Shown piece after piece: positions 1-16,579 of a DNA stretch of 64,000 bases (positions are counted from its first letter, which is position 1; the number at the start of each line of letters is the position of its first letter). Both the position numbers and the translations under genes were made by a program. Source of the stretch: Eledone cirrhosa. Taxonomy: Eukaryota. The stretch is from assembly GCA_964016885.1 (NCBI GenBank), contig OZ024749.1, positions 18,538,001 to 18,602,000 on the forward strand. Direction: 5' to 3'. Under the pieces are notes generated by a model. It searched no databases, was not told where the DNA came from, and saw only the letters and a program-made list of their open reading frames with translations.

Positions 1-169
1 TATATATATATATATATGCAAAATATTTAAATTGTTGGGATACAACAAGCAAATATTTTTATAACTGATTTAAAGCACTCGACAAATATTTAGAATAGAT
101 ATACGATATTAATAAATGGAAACTATATTTATAAAACCATATTTATTTCATTATATATATTTCAAGGAT

Positions 170-352
170 GGTGGATTGGCAGTATCGGTAGAGGGTCGGA
201 CGCCATGCTTTCCAGCATAGTTACGTCCCTTTACGATCTGAGTTCAAATCCCGCCATGGTTGACTTTGCCTTTCATCCTTACGGGGTCTATAAAATAAAG
301 TACCAGTAATGCACTGGGTAATTGCTGGCTTTGTGCCTAAAGTAGAAACAAG
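170..352 (+). mobile_element. tRNA-derived SINE inserted into the PLE pLTR
   Basis: A-box-like TGGCAGTATCGG, B-box-like GAGTTCAAATCC, body GACTTTGCCTTTCATCC; 18-bp target-site duplication TATATATATTTCAAGGAT at 152-169 and 353-370; absent from the other pLTR copy. Confidence 0.85.
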
Positions 353-1689
353 TATATATATTTCAAGGATACCAAGTTAGATTATCATTGTCATCAGACA
401 AAATACAATATATAACTGTTTTATAAATAGACATTGACGTACCCCTTTAAAAATTGACCGTTGTTTCTGGAGACCATCAGGATAGTGATTTGTTTACTTT
501 AGTAAGTCATAGTGTTAAGAGTAAGTAAAAAGATGGAGAGAGAGAGAGAAACGTGGAGAAAAGAAAGGGAGAGATATATAAAGAAAAAGAAGGAAGCAAA
601 AAGAAAAGAGAACAGAGGAAAAATAACGGGGAGATATCAAACCATCAGACAGAGAAAAAATCCAGAGAGAGATATATAGAGATAGAGAGAGGGGGGAGAG
701 AACGAAAACCTTAAGTTATGTCATATTAAGTTGAGTTAACAATTGGGATGAAAAGCATAAATAACATTAGAAATATTAATATTCATGAATGGAATATAGA
801 TATATAATATGAGAAATTACACATTGTTTAATTATGATTAGATATTTAGTTTAAAATTGAGATCAATATATTAAAAATTGGAATTTAAACATTATAAAAT
901 ATATATATTGCTAGAGAGATTATCTATCGCATATTACATACACATAGGCAAAGGTACATAAATATATATACACACTCACTCAGAAAATACACATTATATC
1001 TACTCCCGCACATAATATATATATACAAAGCATAAGTGATTTTTTATTTATTGCCATACATTCCCTGTGTTATTAATTAAAAATTAAAAGTTTTTAGTAT
1101 ATATATATAAATATATAGGATTAACTTTCATGCATTTATGGCTGTTAAGTTATGCATATCTGCAATCAAAAACTGCATGTGTAAGCCTGTACATTCACAT
1201 CCATAATTCTTAGCTATACATGAATAGATATGTGTGTGCATTTTCAATTGGTATACACGCGTCACTCATGCATATATATACAGACAGACATATAATCATA
1301 AAAAAGCATATAACACATGTATATGTATATCAACACACACATATAGATACATTAGCCGTATATAGATATACGTATACATCAACATATAACATAGTACAAT
1401 TGAGTATATAAAATACAAAAGGATTATATTTTGGAAATATAATTATATCAATATAACTTAAAAAGCAAACGAATTCTACAAATATCAAAATACTAAAATA
1501 TCCCAAAATATTATAGAATATTTTAAGTTAAAATAATATGTTTAATATATTTAGTATAGAAATTAATCTTACGTATATTTTAATCAAGATAGTGAAAGGA
1601 CAAACTTTTGAAAATTATGAGAAGCTATCAGAATAAAAAATAAATCTAATAAAAATTATGAGAAGCTATCAGAATAAAAACAAATCTAA

Positions 1690-1992
1690 TAAAAATAAAA
1701 AATAAAAAATAAAAAATAAAAAATAAAAAATAAAAAATAAAAAATAAAAAATAAAAAATAAAAAATAAAAAATAAAAAATAAAAAATAAAAAATTAAAAA
1801 ATAAAAAATAAAAAATAAAAAATAAAAAATAAAAAATAAAAAATAAAAAATAAAAAATAAAAAATAAAAAATAAAAAATAAAAAATAAAAAATAAAAAAT
1901 AAAAAATAAAAAATAAAAAATAAAAAATAAATAAAAAATAAAAAATAAAAAATAAAAAATAAAAAATAAAAAATAAAAAATAAAAAATAAAA
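1690..1992. repeat. (AAAAAT)n microsatellite inside the PLE 3' region
   Basis: Directly visible hexamer tandem array. Confidence 0.95.
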
Positions 1993-2419
1993 TGAATCTA
2001 ATAAAATAAATCTAATAAAAAATAAAATATATCAATATAACTTAAAAAACAAGGATTCTACAAATATCAAAATATTAAAAAGTTTAAAAATAAAAAAATT
2101 TTTTTTTAAATTTTAAAAAATTTTAAAAACTTTATAAATTAAAAAAATAAAAAAATTTTAAAAACTCAAAATATTATAGAATATTTTAAGCTAAAATAAT
2201 ATGTTTAGTATAGAAATTTATCTTACGTATATTTTATTCAAGATATTGAAAGGATAAACTTTTCTAGAATAGTTTATTATATTTATAATTATATTTATGT
2301 AGAAACTTTATACTTGGGTACTTAACCAAAGACAATGAAAAAGGTGAAGGAATCTAATGATTTATTGACAGGTTACATATATTAACTAAATTACTTAATT
2401 AATTAAACTACATTTTAAA

Positions 2420-4584
2420 TTTATATTTATATTTAAACGTTGCAGCAACTGAATAAATTATTCCTTAAATTAAGGGAATTTTTGGTCTTTAATATAAAAA
2501 ATATTTCCTCTATACAAAGGTCACAATTTTCTGAAGAGGAATTAAAAGGAGTAGCTTATGAAATAATATTCCAAATCAGCGAATATTCAACATTATCTCG
2601 TTTTAGGTCCCATAATAGGCTAGATAGCGAAGTTGAAGAATTTTTGTTTGGATCTGTAAAAGAATTTTTATGATTATTAAAGCGGGACTTAAATTCTGTA
2701 GAGGTAGAACCGACAGAGTTAAATGAATTTAAATTAGTTTTAACATTACAATTATAAACTACATTTTTAGCTAAGCAGTTGTTATTTAACGGACAGTTGG
2801 ATTTATTTCTACAGTTACAGTTATTCGATTGAATATTGCTTGGGTTATTATTGGTATTTTGGTTAGGTTTTAAATTTCTATTATTAATTCTATTAATATT
2901 TTGCGCTAAATTTTTGGTGGAAGAGTAGGTTAATTTTATAGTATGTCTATTAAAAATTGAGTAATATTTATGTGTTCTAGGGAATCGTTTGTCAAGAGCT
3001 TTAAAGAATAGTTTAGCAATAGGGGTTTTAATATTTAGTGAGAAAGGGGGAGCTAATCATAATATATTCCTAGTTCTATTTCTTTTTCGGCTTTCGGAGT
3101 TATAGTAATATTTTCTATTATGGTTGTTGAAATTGTTACCATAATTAAAGTTGTTATTATTTTGGTTATTTTGTATATTATTATTATTATCGATGTATTT
3201 AATTTTATTTCTATACCCAGCTCTACCTAACGCTTCATTGTAATAATGCGCTTTTTCATCAAATATATTCTTATTCGATGAAATTCTTGAAATTCTTTCT
3301 TGTATAGAGTTCACTATAGTATTTTTAACGGATCTGGGGTGATTAGAGTTAAAATTGACATAATCTAAGTTCTCATTTAGTTTGTGAAATGAATAATGAA
3401 GACATGTGTTGAGATTTAGTGTTACATCTAGAAAATTGACTATTTTATGGTTATTCTCTATTTCTACTTTTAGAGTAAGGTAATTAAAAAATTGTATAAT
3501 TTGTTTTCTTTTTCTATTTAGTTCACAGCTATTATTTTCTATAAGTAAAAGCATGTCGTCACGATATAAGCCTCCGGTTACATCTGGTATTTTTCTAAAT
3601 AGGCCCACAAGGTCCGTTACCTGAGCTGAGTCTGAAGATCCCATAGTTATGTCGAAATTATTATTTCTATCTGCCCTAGTCCAGAGTTGGCTATTAAATT
3701 CTATTAATGTTTTCCGTGCCGATAATATAATGTGCATTTCATTGCTAGTTAGGTCTGTATGTTTAAATGCGTAAGTTAGTGCCTTATTCAGTAGATTAGG
3801 AGTGATAGATGAGTCGTAGTTAGCAATATCCAACTGAATAAACTTATTATTATAGTTATATTTAATTTCTTTAAACCAATCGATAACCTCACTAGTCCCT
3901 TTCCATAATTTTAAGTAAGATAAATTAGGTAAATTCTTAAATTGTTGTATTACTCTGTCTAGAATATTTTTGCTAAGTCTGCCCAGGTCAGATTTAGATG
4001 GTGCAAATAATCTGACTGGTAAATCATTTTCAAAGTTTCTTTTATGATCCTTCATATTGATCTTAGGTTTCCTTGCATGAAGGGTTGTGTTTTATTTTCA
4101 ATGTATAGTTCATGCATTATACAAGAGGGATCTGTATTCAGTTTTTCAAGTTCGTCCTTATTTGCTACTTTATATTTCTTCCTTAGTTCCTTCAATATAA
4201 GGTTGTTATAAATGTCCTTTTGTATTCCGTAAAGATTGTTAGTTTTGTCCGACTTGACTAGAATTTTCTCCGTTTTCTCCAAGTTTTCAATCTTATCCTT
4301 AATATCTCTTAAGTAATCTTGGGCTTTGAAGTTGCTTTGGATGATAGATACGATATCATTTTCAAAATCCATTAGTAGTTTGTTGGGGGTGGATTTTTTT
4401 TAGATTTGAAGATTCCATCCAGATTTGAATCATTTTCATTTAGATTAGATTTATCGAAGTGGAAAGCACGCCACCTGATTCTTCTTATAAAAGAGTCTGA
4501 TTTTTCTATTAATTGTTTAATAAAATCTTTATTCCTAGGTAGAGGTATGTCTTTTAGAGAAGAAGAGATCTTAAAGAATTCCAT
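2420..4584 (-). pseudogene. Disrupted PLE reverse transcriptase + GIY-YIG endonuclease
   Basis: ORFs 4372-4584, 4052-4372 (SDKT) and 3057-4055 (IQLDI, MGSSDSAQVTDLVG, LYRDD); past the TGA at 3057 the frame continues with CNCRNKSNCPL, VVY..VGSTST, CDLC; collinear with the 813-aa ORF at 51317-53758. Confidence 0.9.
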
Positions 4585-4762
4585 TTTTCAGTTATAATGT
4601 AAAGCGCTCAACAATACAGGAACAGAGTATATGCAAAAGTTTTATTTAAATTGTTGGAATACAACAAGCAAATATTTTTATAACTGATATAAAGCACTCG
4701 ACAAATATTTGGAGTAGATATACGATATTAATAAATGGAAACTATATTTATAAAACCATATT

Positions 4763-4829
4763 TATTTCATTATATATATATTTCAAGGATACCAAGTTAC
4801 ATTATGGTATGCCTTCATCAGACAAAATA
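4763..4829 (-). ncRNA. Minimal type I hammerhead ribozyme in 5' pLTR
   Basis: Reverse complement of the 5581-5643 motif with a slightly longer (UA)n stem III; lies ~180 nt upstream of the ORF start. Confidence 0.7.
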
Positions 4830-5580
4830 CAATATATAACAGTTTTATAAATAGACATTGACGTACCCCTTTAAAAATTGACCGTTGTTTCTGGAGGCCA
4901 TCAGGATAGTGATTTGTTTACTTTAGTAAGTCATAGTGTTAAGAGTAAGTAAAACGATGGAGAGAGAGAGAGAAACGTGGAGAAAAGAAAGGGAGAGATA
5001 TATAAAGAAAAAGAAGAAAGCAAAAAGAAAAGAGAACAGAGGAAAAATAACGGGGAGATATCAAACCATCAGACAGAGAAAAAATCCAGAGAGAGATATA
5101 TATAGAGATAAAGAGAGGGGGGAGAGAACGAAAACCTTAAGTTATGTCATATTAAGTTGAGTTAACAATTGGGATGAAAAGCATAAATAACATTAGAAAT
5201 ATTAATATTCATGAATGGAATATAGATATATAATATGAGAAATTACACATTGTTTAATTATGATTAGATATTTAGTTTAAAATCTCTCCCCCCTCTCTCT
5301 ATCTCTATATATCTCTCTCTGGATTTTTTCTCTGTCTGATGGTTTGATATCTCCCCGTTATTTTTCCTCTGTTCTCTTTTCTTTTTGCTTTCTTCTTTTT
5401 CTTTATATATCTCTCCCTTTCTTTTCTCCACGTTTCTCTCTCTCTCTCTCCATCTTTTTACTTACTCTTACCACTATGACTTACTAAAGTAAATAAATCA
5501 CTATCCAGATGGCCTCCAAAAACAACGGTCAATTTTTAAAAGGGTACGTCAATGTTTATTTATAAAACTGTTATATATTG

Positions 5581-5643
5581 TATTTTGTCTGATGAAGGCA
5601 TACCATAATGTAACTTGGTATCCTTGAAATATATAATGAAATA
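5581..5643 (+). ncRNA. Minimal type I hammerhead ribozyme (inverted pLTR copy)
   Basis: TATTTTGT-CTGATGA-[AGGCATACCA..TGGTATCCTT]-GAAA-TATA-TA-ATGAAATA: stem I 8 bp with two G-U pairs, palindromic stem III, AUA cleavage triplet. Confidence 0.75.
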
Positions 5644-5682
5644 AATATGGTTTTATAAATATAGTTTCCATTTATTAATATC

Positions 5683-5735
<53 letters not shown>

Positions 5736-5738
<3 letters not shown>

Positions 5739-8700
5739 CTCTTTTACTCTTTTACCTGTTTCAGCCATCCGGCTGAGGCCATGCTGGGACACCGCCCTTG
5801 TTGCTACACATTTTATCTCCAGCCTGTATAGGTTGGCCACTGGTGTAAGAGGGAGTTTGTTGCTGCTGCCCTTAGGTTTCCCTCGTGTCTTGCTGTGGGC
5901 TCATCCGGGATCCTGGACAACAAGGCGTCGAGATGTTTCTTGAAGACATCCACCTCCACGTCATGCAAGTCTCTCAGATGCCTCGGCAGCCTGTTGAAGA
6001 GCTGAGGGCCCTTGAATCCCAGGCTATTGCAATACCTGCTCCTTATTCTAGATGTGGAAGACGGGACCTTTGGCACCACACAGTGACGTCCTGTTCGACG
6101 GTTGGTCCAGCTCCCAATGCCAAAGTTTGGTGCTAGTCCCTCCAGGATTTTCCACATGTAGATCACTGCGTATCTCTCCCGTCTTCGCTCCAAGGAGTAG
6201 AGGTTCAGTTCCTTTAGCCTCTCCCAGTAGCTTGTCTCCCTCATCTTGGCAATCCTCTTGGTGTAGCTTCGCTGCATTACCTCAAGCTCCGTGGTGAGTT
6301 TGACACTATGGGGTGACCACAACTGGGAGCAGTACTCCAGGCGGCTTAGGACAAATGTCCTCCATAGTGTCAACATGGTGTCTCGATCTCTTGTCCGGAA
6401 AGTCCTCAAGATCCAGCCAGCGAGTCGTCGGCACATTGTCGCCACTCTCATGATGTGTGAAGAAAAAGATGCATCATCGCTCATGTCTATGCCCAGGTCT
6501 CGTATCGATTTTTACACGGGGATATCGGTCCCTCCTGGTCCTGTGTAGTTGTGTTCCACTATATTTGTGTGTTCGGGTTTATTTGGAGGTTTGTATTGTA
6601 GGGCTTGGAATTTGCCAGCATTAAACTGCATGTTGTTTTCTTCTGCCCATTTGTATATGGCATCCAGATCCTGCTGTAAAAGGGCAGCGTCAGCCGGGTT
6701 TTTGATTGCCTGTGCCACCTTTGTGTCATCAGCATAGCTAGTGAGGGATGTTGTTGTATGTACTACAGAGGGCATGTCTGAGAGAGCCACCAAAAACAGT
6801 AGTGGTCCCAGGACTGTCCCCTGGGGCACCCCACTTGTTATTGGTGTTTCCTTTGAGAGCGCCCCATTTGCTGCGACTGCCTGGCTTTAGGAAGTCATGC
6901 AGCCACTCACCTACTTTTCCAGTTATGGCGAGTCCGTGTAGTTTGTGACATATCATTCCATGGTCGACCTTGTCAAAGGCCTTCGCAAAGTCAAGATATA
7001 TCACGTCCACATGTGAGCTGTCTAGTAGTTGTCTCAGTACCCAGTCGTAGTGATGTAGCAGCTGTGTAAAGCAGCTTCTTCCTGGGCGGAAGCCATGTTG
7101 CGTGCTAGTCAGGCGGTCATTTTCCTCGAGGAAAGTGATCAGTTTCTTTCTGATGACTCGCTCCATGACCTTACTGATATGCGATGTCAGGGAGACTGGC
7201 CTATAGTTTTTGGCCTCCGCTCTGCTACCTCCTTTATGGATAGGGCATATTGTGCCTTCTTTCAGCTCCCTGGGTAGTACACCGCTAGCCAAGGAGCTTC
7301 TGAAGAGCATCTTCAGTGGAGTTGCTAAGGCCCGCTTACATATTTTTAAGAGACTGCTGGGAATCCATCAGGTCCAGCAGCCGAGTCTGTTCTAATTTCA
7401 TCAATGGCGTACACCGCATCCTCCTCCGTTATGTCTATGTGGTTGATGGTTGCCTTTTCTTCATGTAGTGTTTTGGCATCAAAGAACTCCTCTGGCTTCG
7501 TTATTTGCATGTGCCTCAGTGGACATGTGAACACACTTTTGTACTGTTCGTTCAGTATTTCACATATCTCTTGGGGGTTTTCTGTTAATGAACCGTCCGT
7601 ATGGAAGAGTGGCCCAATCTTGCAGTGTACTGAGGCAGTTTCATTTGCAAATTTAAAGAAGGCCTTAGGGTTTGTTTTAATGTTTTCTATGGCCCTGCTC
7701 TCTTTCTTTGCCCTCTCATTCTCATGGGAAAGCTTGAGTGCAATCTCGGTGTCAAGTAATGCACATTTCAAATAGGATTCCTTCTTGTTTTTGTTTTGTT
7801 GACTATTCAACTGGTTTGAGAGTTTAGTTCTACGTCTCATAAGGATTTTCCTATCTCTGGGAATAAAATGTTTGTGTCTGTTTGCCTCTTTCTCCGGGAC
7901 AAACTTTCTGCATATAGTGTGTATCATTGTCATGAAGTGTTGAAATTGTGTGTTAGTGTCTTGTGTGGCGGTGTTTTCACTCCATGTTTGCTTCCGGATT
8001 TCTCTCTTAATCTTTTTCCAGTTAGCCTTGGAGAAGTTAAGGCTGGATAACGTCCCGGAGCTTTTTGGTGGTCTTGTCTCTGTTGGTTCTCTTGGACCAC
8101 ATATCATTAGCTCTACTAAGTTATGATCCGAGAGAATTGTTGGTGTCACCTTTACATTGTGGATGAGCACTTCGTTGTTTGTAAAACAGAGGTCCAGGAC
8201 ATTTTCGCCTCTTGTTGGGAGGAGTATTGCTTGCTCCATGAACAGCCTGTGTGTGAGGGCCAGCAGGGATTCCGTCTGTCTCTGTTCTATTGACGTCATT
8301 CCAGGGAGGAGGTGGCCCTTAGGCCACTTGACCTTTGGTAGGTTGAGGTCTCCCAGCAGTAGAATGTTGAGACCCTGGTCCAGTTTGTCAAGGACCTCTT
8401 CTATCCTACTTAGGCTATCCTCAAATTTACCCTCATGACTGGGGGCATCGGGCGGCCGATATGTGACACATATTACTGTCTGTAGTTGCTTCATATGTAC
8501 TATCAGTGTGTCACAGACTGAGTTTGAATGTGTCAACAGAACAATTGGTGTGACATTTCACGGATATACAGAGCAACCCCACCATGAGTTCTCTCCTTCC
8601 TGTCCGAACGAAATACAGTATATTTCGGTATATGTATTTCTGCATCTGCTCTACTGCTTGTCAGGTGCGTTTCGGTTAGTGCCATGCATAGTGCTTGATT

Positions 8701-9453
8701 GCTTATGGCTAAGTCACCCAGGTAGGAAATTTTACTCATGTTACTGAGTTTCACCAGGCCTCCGACATTCAGCAGCAGCACTGGTGTGACTTTTGGGGTG
8801 CCAGTAATGGCTGTCGGTATGACACCTGGTCTGGTGTCAGCGGCGGCCACTCTGGGTCCCTTAACTGTGGTGGTCTCGAGTGCTGGTGTGGATGTGGATG
8901 ACCCTGGCTCTGGAGACGATGCAGCCAAGTCAGCTGTCCCACAATCTTCTCTGCCATCACTAAAAAATGTTTATGCTCTGCTGCTGCCATCTGTATCTCG
9001 TCGGCATGTGCGTGCCTTCTCCTTGTTGGTGCGACACGCGCGACATCAACATACTTCTGGAGCGGCTTATTTCGGCTTTGGCTGAGGCATGTTGCGCGAG
9101 TATGATGGGCATAGTTCGTTTGAGACCTAGGGTGGGCGAATCTGCATCCCATCCGTCTCTCCATGCCAGCATGTCCCGTTCTTGAAAAACTTGCACATTA
9201 CTTGGGGTTTTTTGCTCCCAGTGTCTCGGTGCTTTCTGTTCTTCCTTTGAACAGTTGTCCACTGGTCCCTCTGCGCTTGATTCTCCTTCGGAAGGTGATT
9301 TCGCTTTTCACCTTTGCTCTTTGCTTGTTGGTTGCCCGGCCTGCCCTCCCTGCCTGTGGCGGAGGGTATATCATTTTCTTTCAGGTCCGTGCTTATGCTC
9401 TCCTCCTTTTCTTTTTTTTCGTTTTCCTTCTCTGTCTCCTCATCCCTCTCTTC

Positions 9454-9457
<4 letters not shown>
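5736..9457 (-). mobile_element. CR1-group non-LTR retrotransposon (APE endonuclease + RT), frameshifted
   Basis: ORFs 8533-8928 and 7346-8536 (LLNVGG, LTETHL, GGVALY, TYRPP, GDLN, LDL, SDHN = APE); 6738-7310 (NYRPVSLTS, QHGFR, YLDFAKAFD); 6512-6829 (PQGTVLGP, YADD); 5813-6484; 3' tail (TAAAAGAG)n at 5736-5755. Confidence 0.9.
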
Positions 9458-9531
<74 letters not shown>

Positions 9532-9540
9532 AATATATAT

Positions 9541-9721
<181 letters not shown>

Positions 9722-9807
9722 AATATATGTATATATAAATATATATAAATATATATATATATATAAATATATATATATATAAATATATAAATATATAAAT
9801 ATATATA

Positions 9808-11011
9808 TAAGTATGTATGTATACGTACATACATATATGTATACAGACGTACAGTAGCATGTATATATATACATACAGGCACACATATATATATATGCAC
9901 GTATCAGTTTACCGAACATTTATTATAATGCTCGGTTTGTTCGTTTGTAAACAAACAAACAGCCTGAATTACGCCGTACAGTATTGAGGCAACCACGTCA
10001 CCTTTTTGTTCAACACTGACACAGGAACGATGTACTAGTTTCAAGCTTATTAGCTATCGTCAGCACCGTATAGCTTTCTGCTAGATGGTTGAACGTCCGA
10101 AAGTATATACTTTCCTTACGAAAATTAACGGCTGAGCAACCTAATTTGCATATCGAGTGAGTTCAGTCGGCCAGGCGCACCGAAAACGATAAATGGAATA
10201 GAATGAAACGAAATTTCATTCTCACTCTTAGTACGGCACATACTTAAATGTAAGTATGTATGTATACGTACATACATATATGTATACAGACGTACAGTAG
10301 CATGTATATATATACATACAGGCACACATATATATAAGCACGTATCAGTTTACCAAACATTTATTATGATGCTCGGTTTGTTTGTTTGTAAACAAACAAA
10401 CAGCCTGAATTACGCCGTACAGTGTTTAGGCAACCACGTCACCTTTTTGTTCAACACTGACACAGGAACGATGTACTAGTTTCAAGCTGATTAGCTATCG
10501 TCAGCACCGTATACCTTTCTGCCAGATCGTTGAACGTCCGAAAGTATATACTTTCCTTATGAAAATTAACGGCTGAGCAGCCTAATTTGCATATCGACTG
10601 AACTCGCTCGATATGCAAATTAGGCTGCTCAGCCGTTAATTTTCATACGGAAAGTATATACTTTCGGACGTTCAACCATCTGGCAGAAAGGTATACGGTG
10701 CTGACGAAAGCTAATAAGCTTGAAACTAGTACATCGTTCCTGTGTCAGTGTTGAACAAAAAGGTGACGTGGTTGCCTAAACACTGTACGACGTAATTCAG
10801 GCTGTTTGTTTGTTTACAAACGAACAAACCGAGCATTATAATAAATGTTCGGTAAACTGATACGTGCATATATATATGTGTGCCTGTATGTATATATATA
10901 CATGCTACTGTACGCCTGTATACATATATGTATGTACGTATACATACATACTTACATTTAAGTAAGTGCCGTACTAAGAGTGAGAAATGAAATTTCGTTT
11001 CATTCTATTCC

Positions 11012-11017
<6 letters not shown>
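9808..11017. mobile_element. Retrozyme-like family A, 441-bp variant; ~1.8 units on - strand joined head-to-head to ~0.95 unit on + strand
   Basis: Period 441 (10021 vs 10462); strand switch at 10595-10597 with CGA microhomology; HHRs at ~10026-10069 (-), ~10467-10510 (-), 10695-10737 (+); no credible ORF. Confidence 0.8.
10695..10737 (+). ncRNA. Minimal type I hammerhead ribozyme
   Basis: ACGGTG-CTGACGA-AAGCT aata AGCTT-GAAA-CTAG-TA-CATCGT: complete core, perfect stem II, palindromic stem III, GUA triplet. Confidence 0.88.
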
Positions 11018-13483
<2,466 letters not shown>

Positions 13484-13683
13484 NNNNNNNNNNNNNNNNN
13501 NNNNNNNNNNNNNNNNNNNNNNNNNNNNNNNNNNNNNNNNNNNNNNNNNNNNNNNNNNNNNNNNNNNNNNNNNNNNNNNNNNNNNNNNNNNNNNNNNNNN
13601 NNNNNNNNNNNNNNNNNNNNNNNNNNNNNNNNNNNNNNNNNNNNNNNNNNNNNNNNNNNNNNNNNNNNNNNNNNNNNNNNNNN
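13484..13683. other. Assembly gap (200 N)
   Basis: Run of N. Confidence 1.
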
Positions 13684-13733
<50 letters not shown>

Positions 13734-13742
13734 TATATATAC

Positions 13743-13814
<72 letters not shown>

Positions 13815-13870
13815 TAAAAAAATAATGAATAAAACAATGAAACAGTTCCTTATATTAAACAAAAAAAGTT

Positions 13871-14021
13871 CATTATTTAACGATCGTTTCTAGGATATAT
13901 ATGTGTTAGAATTGGCATGCATATTCAACAGATCTATGTACAAAATTATACAAAATTATACAAACTATCAAAATTAAATATACATACCAAACACATATAT
14001 ATGCCGTCTTCAGAAATAATG
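13871..14021 (-). ncRNA. Type I hammerhead ribozyme with extended stem II
   Basis: Reverse complement of 19710-19860. Confidence 0.72.
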
Positions 14022-14618
14022 AAATATATTTATTGATAATAACAACATTTCAAAATTTCAGGTCTGTTTGGGAACAGAATTCAAATTGACCAATGAAAAT
14101 ACAAAAAGTTTATGCAGTTAGGTGTGTGTATATACATGTAATTAACTTCGTTCACAGATATGTATAAAGATATGTGTTCACATGCATACGCATGCCAAAA
14201 AGATGTATGTAAATACAAAAATTCAAGGCTAATGTCTCTGTAAGTTTATAATCTACAGATAAAATGCGTATAGATACATAATTATAAAATAAATATATAC
14301 ACACATTCATATACTCACACATATTCGTACACTCACACACACACGCGCGCGTATACGCATAAACATACACACAACTACGAACATACATACACACATACAC
14401 CCCCACACACATATATATGTGTATATACTATTATCATAAGCATATGGACATTAATGCACGCACATAAACACTGCCACACATATCTAGATCCAGATACAGA
14501 AATTAGGCGGGGGGGGGAAAGGTCAGTATTCAACGGTGTCAGCAGACTGCCTATTTATAAATGTATCTATAAACTTAGAAATAAAAAGAAAAGAAAAAGA
14601 AAAAAGAAATATATCAAG

Positions 14619-14663
<45 letters not shown>

Positions 14664-15117
14664 ACACACACACACACACATATACATATACATATATATA
14701 TATATATACACATATATACACACATATATACATATATATATATACACACACATATATACACATACATACACACACATATATATATACAAACGAGTAAAAT
14801 ATAAAATATACATCGATATACATACATATACACATATATATATATACACACACATACATACACATACATATACATACACATATATACAAACACATACATA
14901 CACATACATATACATACATATACCATATAAATACACATACACATACACACACGCATACATATAGAGACACATATATATACACATATAAATACATAGAAAT
15001 ATACACACATACACACACATATATATATATATATATTTTTACACACATATACACACATACACGCATACATATATACATATATATATATATATACATTCAC
15101 AACACACGTATATATAT

Positions 15118-15148
<31 letters not shown>

Positions 15149-15244
15149 CATACATATACACACACATACACATATACACACACACATACACACACATACA
15201 CATACACATATATAAAGATATATATACACCCACACACACATATA

Positions 15245-15282
<38 letters not shown>

Positions 15283-15288
15283 ACATAC

Positions 15289-15321
<33 letters not shown>

Positions 15322-15671
15322 CATATACACATATACACACATACATACATACACACACACATACATATACACACATACATACGCATACATAGACATAGAT
15401 ATATACTCACACACACATACACACTTACATATACGCATATATACAAATACATACACATCCATATATGCGTATATACATACAAACACCACTACACGCTCAC
15501 ACAACTCAGACATACAAAGAAAAAGGTATATACATACATATATATACATATATAAATAGAGATACATATACATATATAAATATATACACACGTACACACA
15601 TAAACACACATACATACACATACATACACACATACATATAAATATACACACACACAAACACACACATATAC

Positions 15672-15720
<49 letters not shown>

Positions 15721-15981
15721 CACACACATACATGTATATACACACACACATACACACATACATACATACACATACACATACATATATATAAAAAAAATAA
15801 AGAAATAAGATAAATAAAAAAATAAATAAATTAATACACACAGTCAGACAAAAATGCACGCACATACATATACATATATATATATACACACACACATATA
15901 CATACACATATATACATATATATACATATACATACACATACATATACATATAAATACATATACACACATCAACTACAAATA

Positions 15982-16020
<39 letters not shown>

Positions 16021-16050
16021 TTTTATATATATATATTATAATAATAAATA

Positions 16051-16088
<38 letters not shown>

Positions 16089-16256
16089 TCACATATATAT
16101 GCGCACATACGTACACATATACACATACACACATATACACATAGACGTATACATGTGCATACATGTACATACACACATATACCCACATAGATACATAGAT
16201 ACACATATATATAGAGACATACATATACACACACATATATACACACACATATACAC

Positions 16257-16305
<49 letters not shown>

Positions 16306-16579
16306 ATCATACACCCTTATTTGCATGCGCATATATGTATTTTTATACTCACATATAAACACCCAAACATACATACCTACCTACATATACATACATACAT
16401 CCACGCTTACAAATACAAATAATAATCGTAGGGGGGGGGGGGGGGATTATAGTAAATATATGTTTCAAGAGACATAGAATATTAATCTGCATTTAGATCA
16501 TAATATGTGTTTACATAGTTTCAGTATTAGGAAATGTAAGAAAGAAGGCAAAACTATGCATTTCAATATAAGTATACCA

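Larger units (their letters stand above)
15..5690 (-). mobile_element. Penelope-like retroelement, Hydra-type, near full length, decayed; 3' pLTR ~15-858, 5' pLTR ~4628-5283, inverted partial pLTR ~5284-5690
   Basis: Direct repeat 15-858 vs 4628-5283; 5284-5690 is the reverse complement of part of it; both outer ends abut (TA)n; encloses the RT+GIY-YIG reading frames. Confidence 0.9.

Noticed and set aside
3057-3059. In-frame TGA in the PLE ORF as selenocysteine recoding
   Set aside because: It aligns with Trp (NIIWYNAPF in the 27-kb element), the copy has other disruptions, and no SECIS was recognised; a TGG>TGA mutation is simpler.
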